64,000 bases of DNA from Candidatus Cloacimonadales bacterium. Lineage in GTDB: Bacteria > Cloacimonadota > Cloacimonadia > Cloacimonadales > JAIOQZ01. Under the pieces are notes generated by a model. The model saw nothing but the letters and a program-made list of their open reading frames with translations. It had not been told where the DNA came from and did not search any database. Shown in pieces: positions 27,769 to 36,723 of this stretch (within the stretch, counting starts at the first letter, position 1; every line of letters begins with the position of its first letter). The translations under genes were made by a program, and so were the position numbers. Location: the NCBI GenBank assembly GCA_963662655.2, contig CAXXTU010000002.1, positions 2,912,001 through 2,976,000 of the forward strand. The letters run 5' to 3'.

Positions 27769-29901
27769 TCAGTTGATGATGTATGTCAGACGCAGGTAGA
27801 AGAGGTGGTTCAGGATGTTGTAATCGGCAACGTCCTCGTTGTAGGTCAGGGTGAATTTATAGTCGAGCGAAACCTGCTTGAACAGGCGCAGGTTCAGGAT
27901 GTTTTCCCATTCGTAGCTTGGGTTGTCGTTGTCGAACGGGAAAAGGATATCGAGGTTGGAATCGTAGGAGAGGTTGAAAGGGAGCTCGATGCTGGCCACA
28001 ACCGAGAATTCGACGCCTTCCTGCGTGGAGTTACCCACTTCATTATAAACGTTGTAGGTGACGTCCGTTTCTCCCGAAACTTCGTCGGAGAAGCTGTAGA
28101 TATATACGTCCTTGGCGTAAAGCTGCCGGAAGCCGAATCCCAGCCTCGTGCTGAGGCTGCTTCGCTGTTTGTCCAGAATACGCCAGTTGATGCCGAAGCC
28201 TTCCTTGAACTCAGCGGGTTGCCAGGGCTCCTTGATTTTCACTTCGTCCCTCGCGAGCAGGGTGTCACGAACGCCCTCGGTATCGATGAAGATATAGTTG
28301 CGCTCATCGGAAGTATAAACTTTCTCCGGGAAGAAGTGGGTATTGGCGTCGCCGCGAACGTATAAGCCGAAGGATTTGACCAGGTAATAAACCAGCGTGT
28401 TTCGGAGATTGAAATAGTCGTCCGATGCCCGGATGTCCGTCTCCTCCTCTTTGCTGAGTCCAGCCTCGACCAGCAGTTTGCTGGTGAAGTGGTATGGATA
28501 GCGATCGTATACCAGGCGGTTATCGAGCTGCATGGTGGCTTTATACACGGTTGTCGGGTTGGACTTATCGTTGGTGTTGTCGCTTGAGATGTTTCCGTTC
28601 GCGTGGATTGCGCTGTAGATATCGAGATGCTTCTCTTCCTTGCTTACGACTGCTTCATCCAGAACGCCAGCGCCGATCAGGCTCTCGAAATCGCCATTGT
28701 CGTTCGTGTTGACAACGATCGTGAGGATTTGATAGGTGCCTTCTTCCAGGAAGACGGTCGAGAAATTCTGGTAGGTATTGAACGGCTCATTATTGACGGT
28801 GATTTTGTAGAGCCCCGGTCGCAGAACCCATACGCGATCTTTCTCACCGATGTCCTCTTCGGCGGGGATGTCGGAGCCGAAGCTTTCACCATTCGACTGG
28901 TCGAATATTTCGTAGCGTACCTTCATGTAGTTGCGGCTTTCATCCACGATTTTTACTTTCAGCGCTCCCCATTCCGGATTCAGCACGGTCTTATACCGGG
29001 GAATGATTTCGATGTTGGCTTTCTCGATCATCTGATCCGTGTCGCCGGAGCCCATTGAGAGGGTGTATTTTCCCTTCCACAGGGGAAGCGCTTCTCCCAT
29101 TTTCCCGGGCGTGACCATCCCGTATTTATCGGCAACAGTGAATTGGGGCTCCTCGTCCGTCTCGCTGATGGCCGGAAGCAGGAGGAGTCCCATGCCGCTG
29201 GGAAGCTCTTCCTCCGATCCCACGGAAAGAATCTGGCTATCGCCTCCGGATATTTCATTCGCGATGATCTCTTCGGCTGTTTCGCCCTGATCGAAGAATC
29301 GATAGATTCGCCGGATGAAGTTATCCGTCTCTTCGAGCAGGAGCTCGTTCACCTTCTGGACGAAAGTCTCGATCTCATCATCCACCATGTATACCACGCG
29401 ATTGACCGAGTGGGAGAGGAATATCGTCTGCTCGTTGGCTCGTTTCAGATGGAATTCGATATTGAGGCGAGCGGCGCGGTACGGATTCACTTCGGAAGAA
29501 TAGAGCTCGATGTTATTGATCTTCGTGGTGATTTCGAAGTCCGGAACCTCACTGAAGTATTCCTGATGGACTTTGGAGAAGACGTTGTATCGTTTCAGGC
29601 GTTGGACGACCAGTCCCGATACCATTTCGGACAGCTTCCCGCCCCAGTTGTCGTAATCCGAGTAGGTGAGTTTGGGTCCGAAGTGGCGCAGGACAATCTG
29701 GCGCCGGGTGTATGTGCGTGCGATATCGGCTTCGCTAACCAGAACCTTGTAGGGTAGAGGCGTTTCGCGCTTCAGTGAATCTACTTCCGTGTGCTGGTAG
29801 TATTCCATGACGTAGTAGTTTCTGGGTGCAATTTCTTCAACCGTACATCCGATAAGCAGGATAATGACCAGTGCCGTGAGTATCCAGATCGTTCGCTTCA
29901 T
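27769..29901 (-). CDS. PqiC-like (ABC_trans_aux) lipoprotein fused to a probable C-terminal outer-membrane beta-barrel
   Basis: Lipobox LIGC; RNYYVM...YTRRQIV...YDNWGGKLSEMV PqiC-like N-terminus; C-terminal ~290 aa of amphipathic strands ending LFYLRLTYIIN. Confidence 0.65.
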   Translation of the reverse strand: MKRTIWILTALVIILLIGCTVEEIAPRNYYVMEYYQHTEVDSLKRETPLPYKVLVSEADIARTYTRRQIVLRHFGPKLTYSDYDNWGGKLSEMVSGLVVQRLKRYNVFSKVHQEYFSEVPDFEITTKINNIELYSSEVNPYRAARLNIEFHLKRANEQTIFLSHSVNRVVYMVDDEIETFVQKVNELLLEETDNFIRRIYRFFDQGETAEEIIANEISGGDSQILSVGSEEELPSGMGLLLLPAISETDEEPQFTVADKYGMVTPGKMGEALPLWKGKYTLSMGSGDTDQMIEKANIEIIPRYKTVLNPEWGALKVKIVDESRNYMKVRYEIFDQSNGESFGSDIPAEEDIGEKDRVWVLRPGLYKITVNNEPFNTYQNFSTVFLEEGTYQILTIVVNTNDNGDFESLIGAGVLDEAVVSKEEKHLDIYSAIHANGNISSDNTNDKSNPTTVYKATMQLDNRLVYDRYPYHFTSKLLVEAGLSKEEETDIRASDDYFNLRNTLVYYLVKSFGLYVRGDANTHFFPEKVYTSDERNYIFIDTEGVRDTLLARDEVKIKEPWQPAEFKEGFGINWRILDKQRSSLSTRLGFGFRQLYAKDVYIYSFSDEVSGETDVTYNVYNEVGNSTQEGVEFSVVASIELPFNLSYDSNLDILFPFDNDNPSYEWENILNLRLFKQVSLDYKFTLTYNEDVADYNILNHLFYLRLTYIIN

Positions 29902-29909
29902 GATATCCT

Positions 29910-30806
29910 CTATTTACGTTTGGTTCGCAGCAGGAGCGAAGGTTCTTCGTCGATTTGTCTTGAAAATTCATTCAGGTAGTCGACCGTTTCTTTCATGGTT
30001 TCTACCACAGAGACGACGTCGTCTCTGATTTTGAGCATCATGTTGTTCAGGTTGGTGGTGATGCTGCCCGTCATTTCCGTTGTTTTCGCAAGGTTGTCCG
30101 TGATAATGACCGCATTGGCAATGACTCTGTCCGCCTCTTCCGAATAGAGGATATCGTTGAGTCGGTTCATGGCGTCGTTCATGGACACGACCATCTCGTT
30201 CAGGCTGGAGGTGGTGTAGTTCACGTTGTTCATGATCTGGTTGATGTGCTGACGATTTTCCGAGACCAGCAGGTCGAGGTTTTGAAGAATGTTGGCGATA
30301 TTCCGCTGGTTTTCTTCGCTTGTTATTTCAGCAACGTGCAGTAATACGACTTCCAGTTTTTCGGTAACGGATGCAATTCCTCCGGTGATATCGCCCATGA
30401 GCGATGTTCCCGCCTTAATCTGCGAGCCAGGTTTCAGCGTCTTCGCCTGATTGCTGCCGCCCACAAGTTCGATCAGTTTCAGTCCCGTGATACCTTGAGG
30501 CAGGAGGTTTGCCACCATATCTTCCTTGATCGGGGTGCCTTGCTCTACCTCCACGTAGACTTCTATGATTCCCACATCATCCTGATTGATGCGCATTTCC
30601 GTTACGGATCCGACCTGATACCCGCGATATTTGACCATCGCGCCAATCTGGAGTCCGTTGACGGAAACGTTCTGGTAGGAGATCATGTACGAGTCTTTTT
30701 TCTTGAGGAGCTTCTCGCCTGCGATCAGCACAATCAGTAAAATCATGAGTGACAGACTGACAACGAGGAACACGCCCAAACGAACTTTCTGAGCTTTACT
30801 TACCAT
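29910..30806 (-). CDS. mlaD: MlaD/MCE-domain protein with helical extension
   Basis: Start at ATG 30806 (SD CAGGAG); RLGVF + TM; SVNGLQIGAMVKYRGYQVGSV and QGITGLKLIEL MCE motifs; C-terminal helical region ending PSLLL. Confidence 0.9.
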   Translation of the reverse strand: MVSKAQKVRLGVFLVVSLSLMILLIVLIAGEKLLKKKDSYMISYQNVSVNGLQIGAMVKYRGYQVGSVTEMRINQDDVGIIEVYVEVEQGTPIKEDMVANLLPQGITGLKLIELVGGSNQAKTLKPGSQIKAGTSLMGDITGGIASVTEKLEVVLLHVAEITSEENQRNIANILQNLDLLVSENRQHINQIMNNVNYTTSSLNEMVVSMNDAMNRLNDILYSEEADRVIANAVIITDNLAKTTEMTGSITTNLNNMMLKIRDDVVSVVETMKETVDYLNEFSRQIDEEPSLLLRTKRK

Positions 30807-30967
30807 TATCCAACTCCTGAACGCACTTGTGGGAAATCTTATGCTGAGAATTCTGAAAGAAATCTCTCTTGTCAACTCTGAAATACAATCTTCGCTAATT
30901 TATGCCATTTTATCCCATTTTCTGCCTGCTCAACGTGCTGGCGATTTGCATACGTTTCCCCGACTCA

Positions 30968-31084
30968 GCTCCGCGGGGCGGCGTGTGCGCTTCGCGCACG
31001 ACTCCCTTTTCGCGCTGCCTGGCCAGGCAGCGCGAAAAGGGAGTCAGTAAGCCGGGAACGGCTTACAACGCCGCCCCGCGGAGC
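30968..31084 (+). repeat. Structured intergenic element C (four-way junction palindrome family)
   Basis: Stems 30968-30984/31068-31084 (17 bp), 30985-30999 hairpin, 31000-31020/31025-31045 (21 bp) and 31047-31054/31059-31066. Confidence 0.8.
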
Positions 31085-31122
31085 GAAGATCGAGCAGATA
31101 ACCGTCGAGCAGCGGAATTCCG

Positions 31123-31158
31123 AAAAAAAAGCCTCCCGCGAAAACGCGGGAGGCTTTT
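31123..31158 (-). terminator. Intrinsic terminator of the second C25 gene
   Basis: aaaagcctcccgcg-aaaa-cgcgggaggctttt with an A8 run on the left. Confidence 0.8.
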
Positions 31159-31175
31159 GTATAGCCGTATATCGT

Positions 31176-34100
31176 CTACTTCATCATCAGCATCTTGCGA
31201 GTTGATTCTTTGCTGCCGATACGTGTTTTGTAGAAATAAATGCCGCTGGATACGTTCTTGCCGTAGGCGTCGTCGCCGCGCCAGACGATGTTGTGCATGC
31301 CGGCGTCGAGTCGATCGTTCAGCAGGGTTTTCACCTTCTGTCCGCGGATATTGTAGATGTCGATCGTGACAGGTGTATTTGCCTTCTGAACCGAGAGACG
31401 AATGGTCGTTTCGGGGTTGAAAGGATTCGGGCTATTTCCGTAAACCTTGTCGACGAAGTTAACCACTTCATCTCCGGCATCCATTCCTGATGTGGAGGCT
31501 ACCAGCGCAAGCAGGCTGAGCGTATTGAACGGATCGTTGCTTGTTAGGAGCGCGTTCGCGGAGTAAACCGCTTCTTCCTGCGGCGCGAAGGTAATCTGGA
31601 ACGTTGCCATTCCCATGGACACAACCGAATACTCGATTTCGTTCCTGCCCGGTTCGCCAATGCTGAATCCTTCCGGGACGTCGATGGTTCCGTTGAGCTG
31701 CGCAACGCCAAGGTTGAAGATGTTGAATTGACGTGTGACGGTTTCGCCCACATCGATGACGCCGAAGTTCAACTGGGTGGTGTCGAGCAAGAACCCGGGA
31801 ACCTCTTCCGGCGCGTTCGCCGGGAACGAAATGTTGTCGATCCAACCGCAGTCGGAACCGGAATCGACAAATCCGTCCTTCAGATAGGTCCATGTGAAAG
31901 TATGGATACCGGCGGAAACCGGGTACGCGGAGCGTGACCAGTCTACTTCGCCGTCCCAACGTCCCTGTTCTTCATCGTCGATGGCGAAGAACATGTAATC
32001 GAAGTTGTTATCGGTATCGTTCTCGCAGGATACTTTCTTGTAGAAGGTTATTTCACCGTCCATCAGGACATTCATCGTCACTTCAAGGGTCGTTGACTGA
32101 TTGCTGTTGATGTTGCCCGAACGAGCGGAATACTGCCCGTCATACGTGTTGCTGTTGGTGATGGACCAATTCGTGTTACCGGAAAGGTCCCACTCGTATC
32201 CGCTGAAATCTCCGTTCTCGAATCCCTCCAGAATCTGCCCAACCATAACGATGAAATCGTCATTCAGGTCAAGACCGTTATCGCCGGAAATGACAACGCT
32301 GAAAAGGCCGAGATAGCCGTCGGTGGCTTCTTCGCTAACAGTCGCCTGTAACGTGATGTAATCTTCCGAATCGCTACCGAGCGAAGAGAGCGCTCCAGTG
32401 TTCGACTCGAAGGAGATGATCGGATTCACGGTGAGGATTTCCAGGCTGAGGTTGTTAGCGCTCGCACCGCCGGAATTGGAGATGTACAGATTCAAGTTGG
32501 CCACTTCACCCGGCTGAAGGATGCCGTCTCCGCCATCGTCTATTTCAACGCCGGTAAAAGCGAGTTCGGGCGCGTAAGCAGTAAAATACATCTGGACTGT
32601 CCAGTTGTCGCTCCCACTTGACACAAGTCCGCTAATGTTGAACTCGAAATTGTCCGGTACGTTCTCGGAAACGGTAAAGATGAAAGCGTCGTCGATGGTA
32701 ACGCTTTCGCCGGCAGCGAAATCTCCGAAAGTTTCGGAGTTGTCTGTAATGGTGATATACTGCCCCATGTATGAGATACTCATGGTTGCCCCGGAAGCGG
32801 GTTGCTGGCCCATGTTCATGAGCGTGAGCGAAACAGACACTTCTTCGCCGAATTCGATCACTTCATCCCCACCTGCGTCGACCGAGTAATTCCCGATCAC
32901 GATAAACGGAGCGTCGGAAGCAACGATGGGAATCTGTGCCTGATCGATCAGGTAATTGTGAGCGGAAACCGTTACGTCGATGGTTCCTTCGTTCTGCAGC
33001 GGCTGGCTGAAGTAGATCGTCACGTTACCGCTGTTGTTCGCGATTTGCATGTCGATATGCTCGCCGTTCTGCGTAACGCCAACCATTGCGCCCGGGATCC
33101 CCGTCTGGACTTCGAACTGTGTCGCGCTGATCGGGATTCCCGCAGGATAAACAACGGACATCTCCTGTGCTTCGGCTGTCCAGAGCTCGAGGGTCGGATC
33201 GCCGAACACGTTCACTTCATAATGTGCCCAGCGGAACCATGGATCGTTTGCACACTGGTTCGCGCCTTCAACCTTCGTATCGTTGTTTGCGTCGGATACA
33301 CGGTAAATCCCTTCTCCGAAAAGCGCGTCGTAGAACTGACGATCAAGATACTGAGAGCTTGAATTGGTTCCACCCGGCATGTACCAGCCGTAGCGGGAAT
33401 TGCCAACATAAACGGCGCAGCCGTTGGATATGGTGGTGAACTTCTCCGCGATGCTGTCGTTGTAGTCGAACGAAGCGGAGTAGCAGCCCTGAGAGTAAAT
33501 CTGGAAGAAGTTGTGGTTCACACCGTTCGCGGTGAGTTGAGAATTCGTGACGTTGTCGTTATAGAATTTCATGTTGTAATCGGTGTTGGAGTGCCCAAGA
33601 TGATTCAAAAGGTTGATTCCGGAATTCATGTAACCAGCCAGGTCATTGCGTGACCAATAAGTATCCCTTTCATAGAGCGTGTCGACGTTGAAATTCTCGG
33701 AAATACCTGCTGTCATGTAACCGTCGTAACTGCCGCCGACTATGATCTGATCCTTGTAGTTACCGCCGTATGTGGCCGGGTTGTCGTTCAATTGTTCACC
33801 CACCATCAGTGCGTTGTCGAGTTCACTCACTACCGGATGGAGCTGATACATCACCTGTTTGTTGATGGCTGCATCGAACTCGGCGCTTGTCTGAGCGGAG
33901 ATACGTCCGACAGCGACTTCGGGGATATAGTCGGCTTCATCGTTTTCGCCCCAGCGGTTGTTGTCGTTGGTGTTCCAGTCCGGGCCTTCGCCAACACCTA
34001 CACGGTCAAGCGACGAATAGTAGAGATCCGAAGGAATGCCATTGTCCGTTGTGTCGCCAGCCTGGATGTAGAATCCGCGGAAAGGAACGATGTTCACATC

Positions 34101-34958
34101 GCCACCCAGCAGGAAGTAGCTGGAGTTGTATTCCTCGTAGCAGATTTCGATGAAGTTGCGAATTTTATCCTGGTTATCTTCACCGGCTGTTTCGCTGTAA
34201 ATCTCGTCAACAGTCACAATCATCGGATTGAACCCCTGCTTGGTTTTCAGCTCCATCAGCGGATCGAAGTTGCTGACGAAGTCTTCGTCCGTTATAATGA
34301 CAAGGAGATGATCCTGGGTTCTATCGCGATTATCCGGAGGATAGTACGAGATGGTTTCCTCATTGTTCACCATGCTCCGAAGGTAGCTGTTGGTCTGGTC
34401 GTCGCCGCGGTACAAGCGGTTGTATGCATTGATCGCTTCCTGGTCGGACGAGGTTTCGATGCGTACCGTCATGTCCGGGTAGAAGAGAAGCGTCTGATCT
34501 GCAGGAGAGTACTGAACCGGATATACGTTAACAAGCGCAATGGAGTGTCCACGGTAGTACTGTGTGGTGAGTCCTTCCTGCAGTTCGGAGGGATAGAGCT
34601 GAGAATCTGTATAGACTTCCTGATTGGGTTGTGTAAACACGGCAGTATTGCTTCTGCTCAGAGGCACGGGCGTCTGACAGGGGTAAATGGCTCCGTCAAG
34701 CTCGATTTCAACCGGTTCGCCGGTTTCCACGGTAACGGATACGGCCTTTTCGCCCGGCGCTAGAAGCAAAGACACGGGTATGGACGGTAATTGCGGCATT
34801 CCCGGTTTTGTCAGGTAGATGCCTTCATTGACCTGAATTCTTTGATATTGATCGACCGGAAAAATATCCGGCTGATTTGTCATGACTCGATGCTCGACCG
34901 TTGACGCAAACAACGGTAGCATACCAACGAGCAACATGAGAATGATTGCTTTTTTCAT
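31176..34958 (-). CDS. Gingipain-like C25 cysteine peptidase with propeptide, Ig-like domains and T9SS/FlgD-type CTD
   Basis: PGMPQLP propeptide; YFLLGGD, PSDLYYS, VGRIS, catalytic NHLGHS and SQGC motifs, FGDP; CTD GNSPNPFNPET...IYNIRGQKVKTL...SSGIYFY...KMLMMK. Confidence 0.88.
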   Translation of the reverse strand: MKKAIILMLLVGMLPLFASTVEHRVMTNQPDIFPVDQYQRIQVNEGIYLTKPGMPQLPSIPVSLLLAPGEKAVSVTVETGEPVEIELDGAIYPCQTPVPLSRSNTAVFTQPNQEVYTDSQLYPSELQEGLTTQYYRGHSIALVNVYPVQYSPADQTLLFYPDMTVRIETSSDQEAINAYNRLYRGDDQTNSYLRSMVNNEETISYYPPDNRDRTQDHLLVIITDEDFVSNFDPLMELKTKQGFNPMIVTVDEIYSETAGEDNQDKIRNFIEICYEEYNSSYFLLGGDVNIVPFRGFYIQAGDTTDNGIPSDLYYSSLDRVGVGEGPDWNTNDNNRWGENDEADYIPEVAVGRISAQTSAEFDAAINKQVMYQLHPVVSELDNALMVGEQLNDNPATYGGNYKDQIIVGGSYDGYMTAGISENFNVDTLYERDTYWSRNDLAGYMNSGINLLNHLGHSNTDYNMKFYNDNVTNSQLTANGVNHNFFQIYSQGCYSASFDYNDSIAEKFTTISNGCAVYVGNSRYGWYMPGGTNSSSQYLDRQFYDALFGEGIYRVSDANNDTKVEGANQCANDPWFRWAHYEVNVFGDPTLELWTAEAQEMSVVYPAGIPISATQFEVQTGIPGAMVGVTQNGEHIDMQIANNSGNVTIYFSQPLQNEGTIDVTVSAHNYLIDQAQIPIVASDAPFIVIGNYSVDAGGDEVIEFGEEVSVSLTLMNMGQQPASGATMSISYMGQYITITDNSETFGDFAAGESVTIDDAFIFTVSENVPDNFEFNISGLVSSGSDNWTVQMYFTAYAPELAFTGVEIDDGGDGILQPGEVANLNLYISNSGGASANNLSLEILTVNPIISFESNTGALSSLGSDSEDYITLQATVSEEATDGYLGLFSVVISGDNGLDLNDDFIVMVGQILEGFENGDFSGYEWDLSGNTNWSITNSNTYDGQYSARSGNINSNQSTTLEVTMNVLMDGEITFYKKVSCENDTDNNFDYMFFAIDDEEQGRWDGEVDWSRSAYPVSAGIHTFTWTYLKDGFVDSGSDCGWIDNISFPANAPEEVPGFLLDTTQLNFGVIDVGETVTRQFNIFNLGVAQLNGTIDVPEGFSIGEPGRNEIEYSVVSMGMATFQITFAPQEEAVYSANALLTSNDPFNTLSLLALVASTSGMDAGDEVVNFVDKVYGNSPNPFNPETTIRLSVQKANTPVTIDIYNIRGQKVKTLLNDRLDAGMHNIVWRGDDAYGKNVSSGIYFYKTRIGSKESTRKMLMMK

Positions 34959-35052
34959 GTAACCTTCCTTCGTATGTTAATCAAATATATATCATATCCA
35001 TATTTTATATCATCATGGCATGCAAAAATCATTCCCGCGCGCGAGAATCGGT

Positions 35053-35081
35053 TTGACAGCCATAGTTCATGATATTATAAT
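35053..35081 (+). promoter_or_regulatory. Consensus sigma70 promoter of mntP
   Basis: TTGACA (35053-35058), 17-nt spacer, TATAAT (35076-35081). Confidence 0.8.
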
Positions 35082-35087
35082 GCAATC

Positions 35088-35648
35088 ATGAATATTGTCA
35101 CAATGCTTCTTATTGCACTTGGTCTATCCATGGACGCCTTCGCCGTTTCCATGAGTAACGGTCTCGCTCTGAAATGTTTCCGGATACGCTCCGCAACGAT
35201 TATTGCCTTGTTTTACGGCGGGTTTCAGGCAATCATGCCCGTCCTGGGCTGGCTGGCCGGGAAAGGATTGCGGGATATAATCAGCCATTTCGCCCCGTGG
35301 GTAGCGTTTGGATTACTGGCCTTCATCGGCGGCAAGATGATCTACGAGGCTCATTTCCTCAAGGAAGGGGACGACAAGACCTGCAATCCCGAGAAAATCC
35401 TGGTCGTGTTTACGCTGGCGATTGCAACGAGCATCGACGCCCTGGCGGTAGGTTTCAGCCTGGCGATGCTGGATCAATCGATCATCTTACCGGTGTTGAT
35501 CATCGGGCTGGTGACGTTCGTTCTTTCTTATCTTGGCGTCTATCTGGGAAATCGGTTCGGAAGCAAGTTCGGCAGCAAGATCGAGGTGCTGGGCGGGTTG
35601 ATACTAATCGGTATCGGTATCAAGATAATGCTTGGGGCGTTTCTTTAG
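35088..35648 (+). CDS. mntP: Manganese efflux pump MntP
   Basis: ALGLSMDAFAVS, FQAIMPVLGW, LAIATSIDALAVG and EVLGGLILIGIG motifs. Confidence 0.93.
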   Translation: MNIVTMLLIALGLSMDAFAVSMSNGLALKCFRIRSATIIALFYGGFQAIMPVLGWLAGKGLRDIISHFAPWVAFGLLAFIGGKMIYEAHFLKEGDDKTCNPEKILVVFTLAIATSIDALAVGFSLAMLDQSIILPVLIIGLVTFVLSYLGVYLGNRFGSKFGSKIEVLGGLILIGIGIKIMLGAFL

Positions 35649-35654
35649 AACCGA

Positions 35655-36710
35655 CTATCTCTCTTCGTAATTCTTCTGAATCCAGTTAATATATTCTCCC
35701 GTACGGATGCTCTCGATCCACTCCTGATTGGAAAGATACCACTGAACCGTGCGTTTCATCCCTTCCCTGAAATCCACGGATGGTTGCCAGCCGAGTTCGC
35801 GCTTGATTTTACTGCAATCGATGGCGTAACGCCGGTCGTGCCCGGGCCTGTCCTTCACGAAAGTGATGAGGTCCTTGAGCGTTTCGGACGATATCCCCTG
35901 CTCTTCTGCGACTAGCTCGCACAATATGTGAATCAGATCGAGATTCTTCATCTCGCTGTTTCCGCCAATGTTGTAGGTTTCGCCGCGTCTTCCGCGAGTA
36001 ACGATCTCCCATATCGCATTGCAGTGATCCTCCACGTAGAGCCAGTCGCGAACGTTCATTCCATCTCCGTAAACAGGGAGGGGTTTGCGATCGAGCATGT
36101 TCGTGACCATCAGGGGAATCACTTTCTCGGGGAACTGGTATGGGCCGTAGTTGTTGGAGCAATTGGAGAGGGTAATCGGCAATCCGAAAGTATGGAAATA
36201 CGACTTGACCAGGTGATCGGACGATGCCTTCGACGCAGAGTACGGGCTGCGTGGATCGTATGGCGTTTCTTCAACGAAATAACCCGTTTCACCAAGACTC
36301 CCATAAACTTCATCCGTTGAAACATGGTGGAACACGACATCGTTGCGATCCTGCCAGATGCTTCTCGCCGCCTCGAGGAGATTGAACGTTCCGTTGATGT
36401 TCGTGTGAATAAAGTCCTTCGGGCCGAGGATCGAACGATCGACATGCGACTCGGCGGCGAAATGGATCACCATGTCCGGTGCAAAGCGCTGAAAAACATC
36501 CATCACTCCGTCCGCGTCGGAGATATCGACTTTCTCGAAGAAATATCGCTGAGGATACTTCTCTTCAATATCGATCAGACTCAGCGGATTACCCGCATAC
36601 GTGAGTTTGTCGATGTTGAGAATGTTTCCCGTGAAACTCTCTTGCTTGAAAAGGTAGTGAATGAAGTTGGCTCCGATGAATCCGGAACCCCCAGTGACGA
36701 GGATGTTCAT
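35655..36710 (-). CDS. rfbB: dTDP-glucose 4,6-dehydratase
   Basis: GGSGFIG, DKLTYAGN, HFAAESHVDRSI, HVSTDEVYG, SPYSASKA, CSNNYGPYQFPEK and DRPGHDRRYAID motifs. Confidence 0.96.
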   Translation of the reverse strand: MNILVTGGSGFIGANFIHYLFKQESFTGNILNIDKLTYAGNPLSLIDIEEKYPQRYFFEKVDISDADGVMDVFQRFAPDMVIHFAAESHVDRSILGPKDFIHTNINGTFNLLEAARSIWQDRNDVVFHHVSTDEVYGSLGETGYFVEETPYDPRSPYSASKASSDHLVKSYFHTFGLPITLSNCSNNYGPYQFPEKVIPLMVTNMLDRKPLPVYGDGMNVRDWLYVEDHCNAIWEIVTRGRRGETYNIGGNSEMKNLDLIHILCELVAEEQGISSETLKDLITFVKDRPGHDRRYAIDCSKIKRELGWQPSVDFREGMKRTVQWYLSNQEWIESIRTGEYINWIQKNYEER

Positions 36711-36723
36711 GATTTTCTCTCCT

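Noticed and set aside
34959..35087. yybP-ykoY manganese riboswitch upstream of mntP
   Set aside because: The region is short and AT-rich, and the promoter sits immediately before the ATG.
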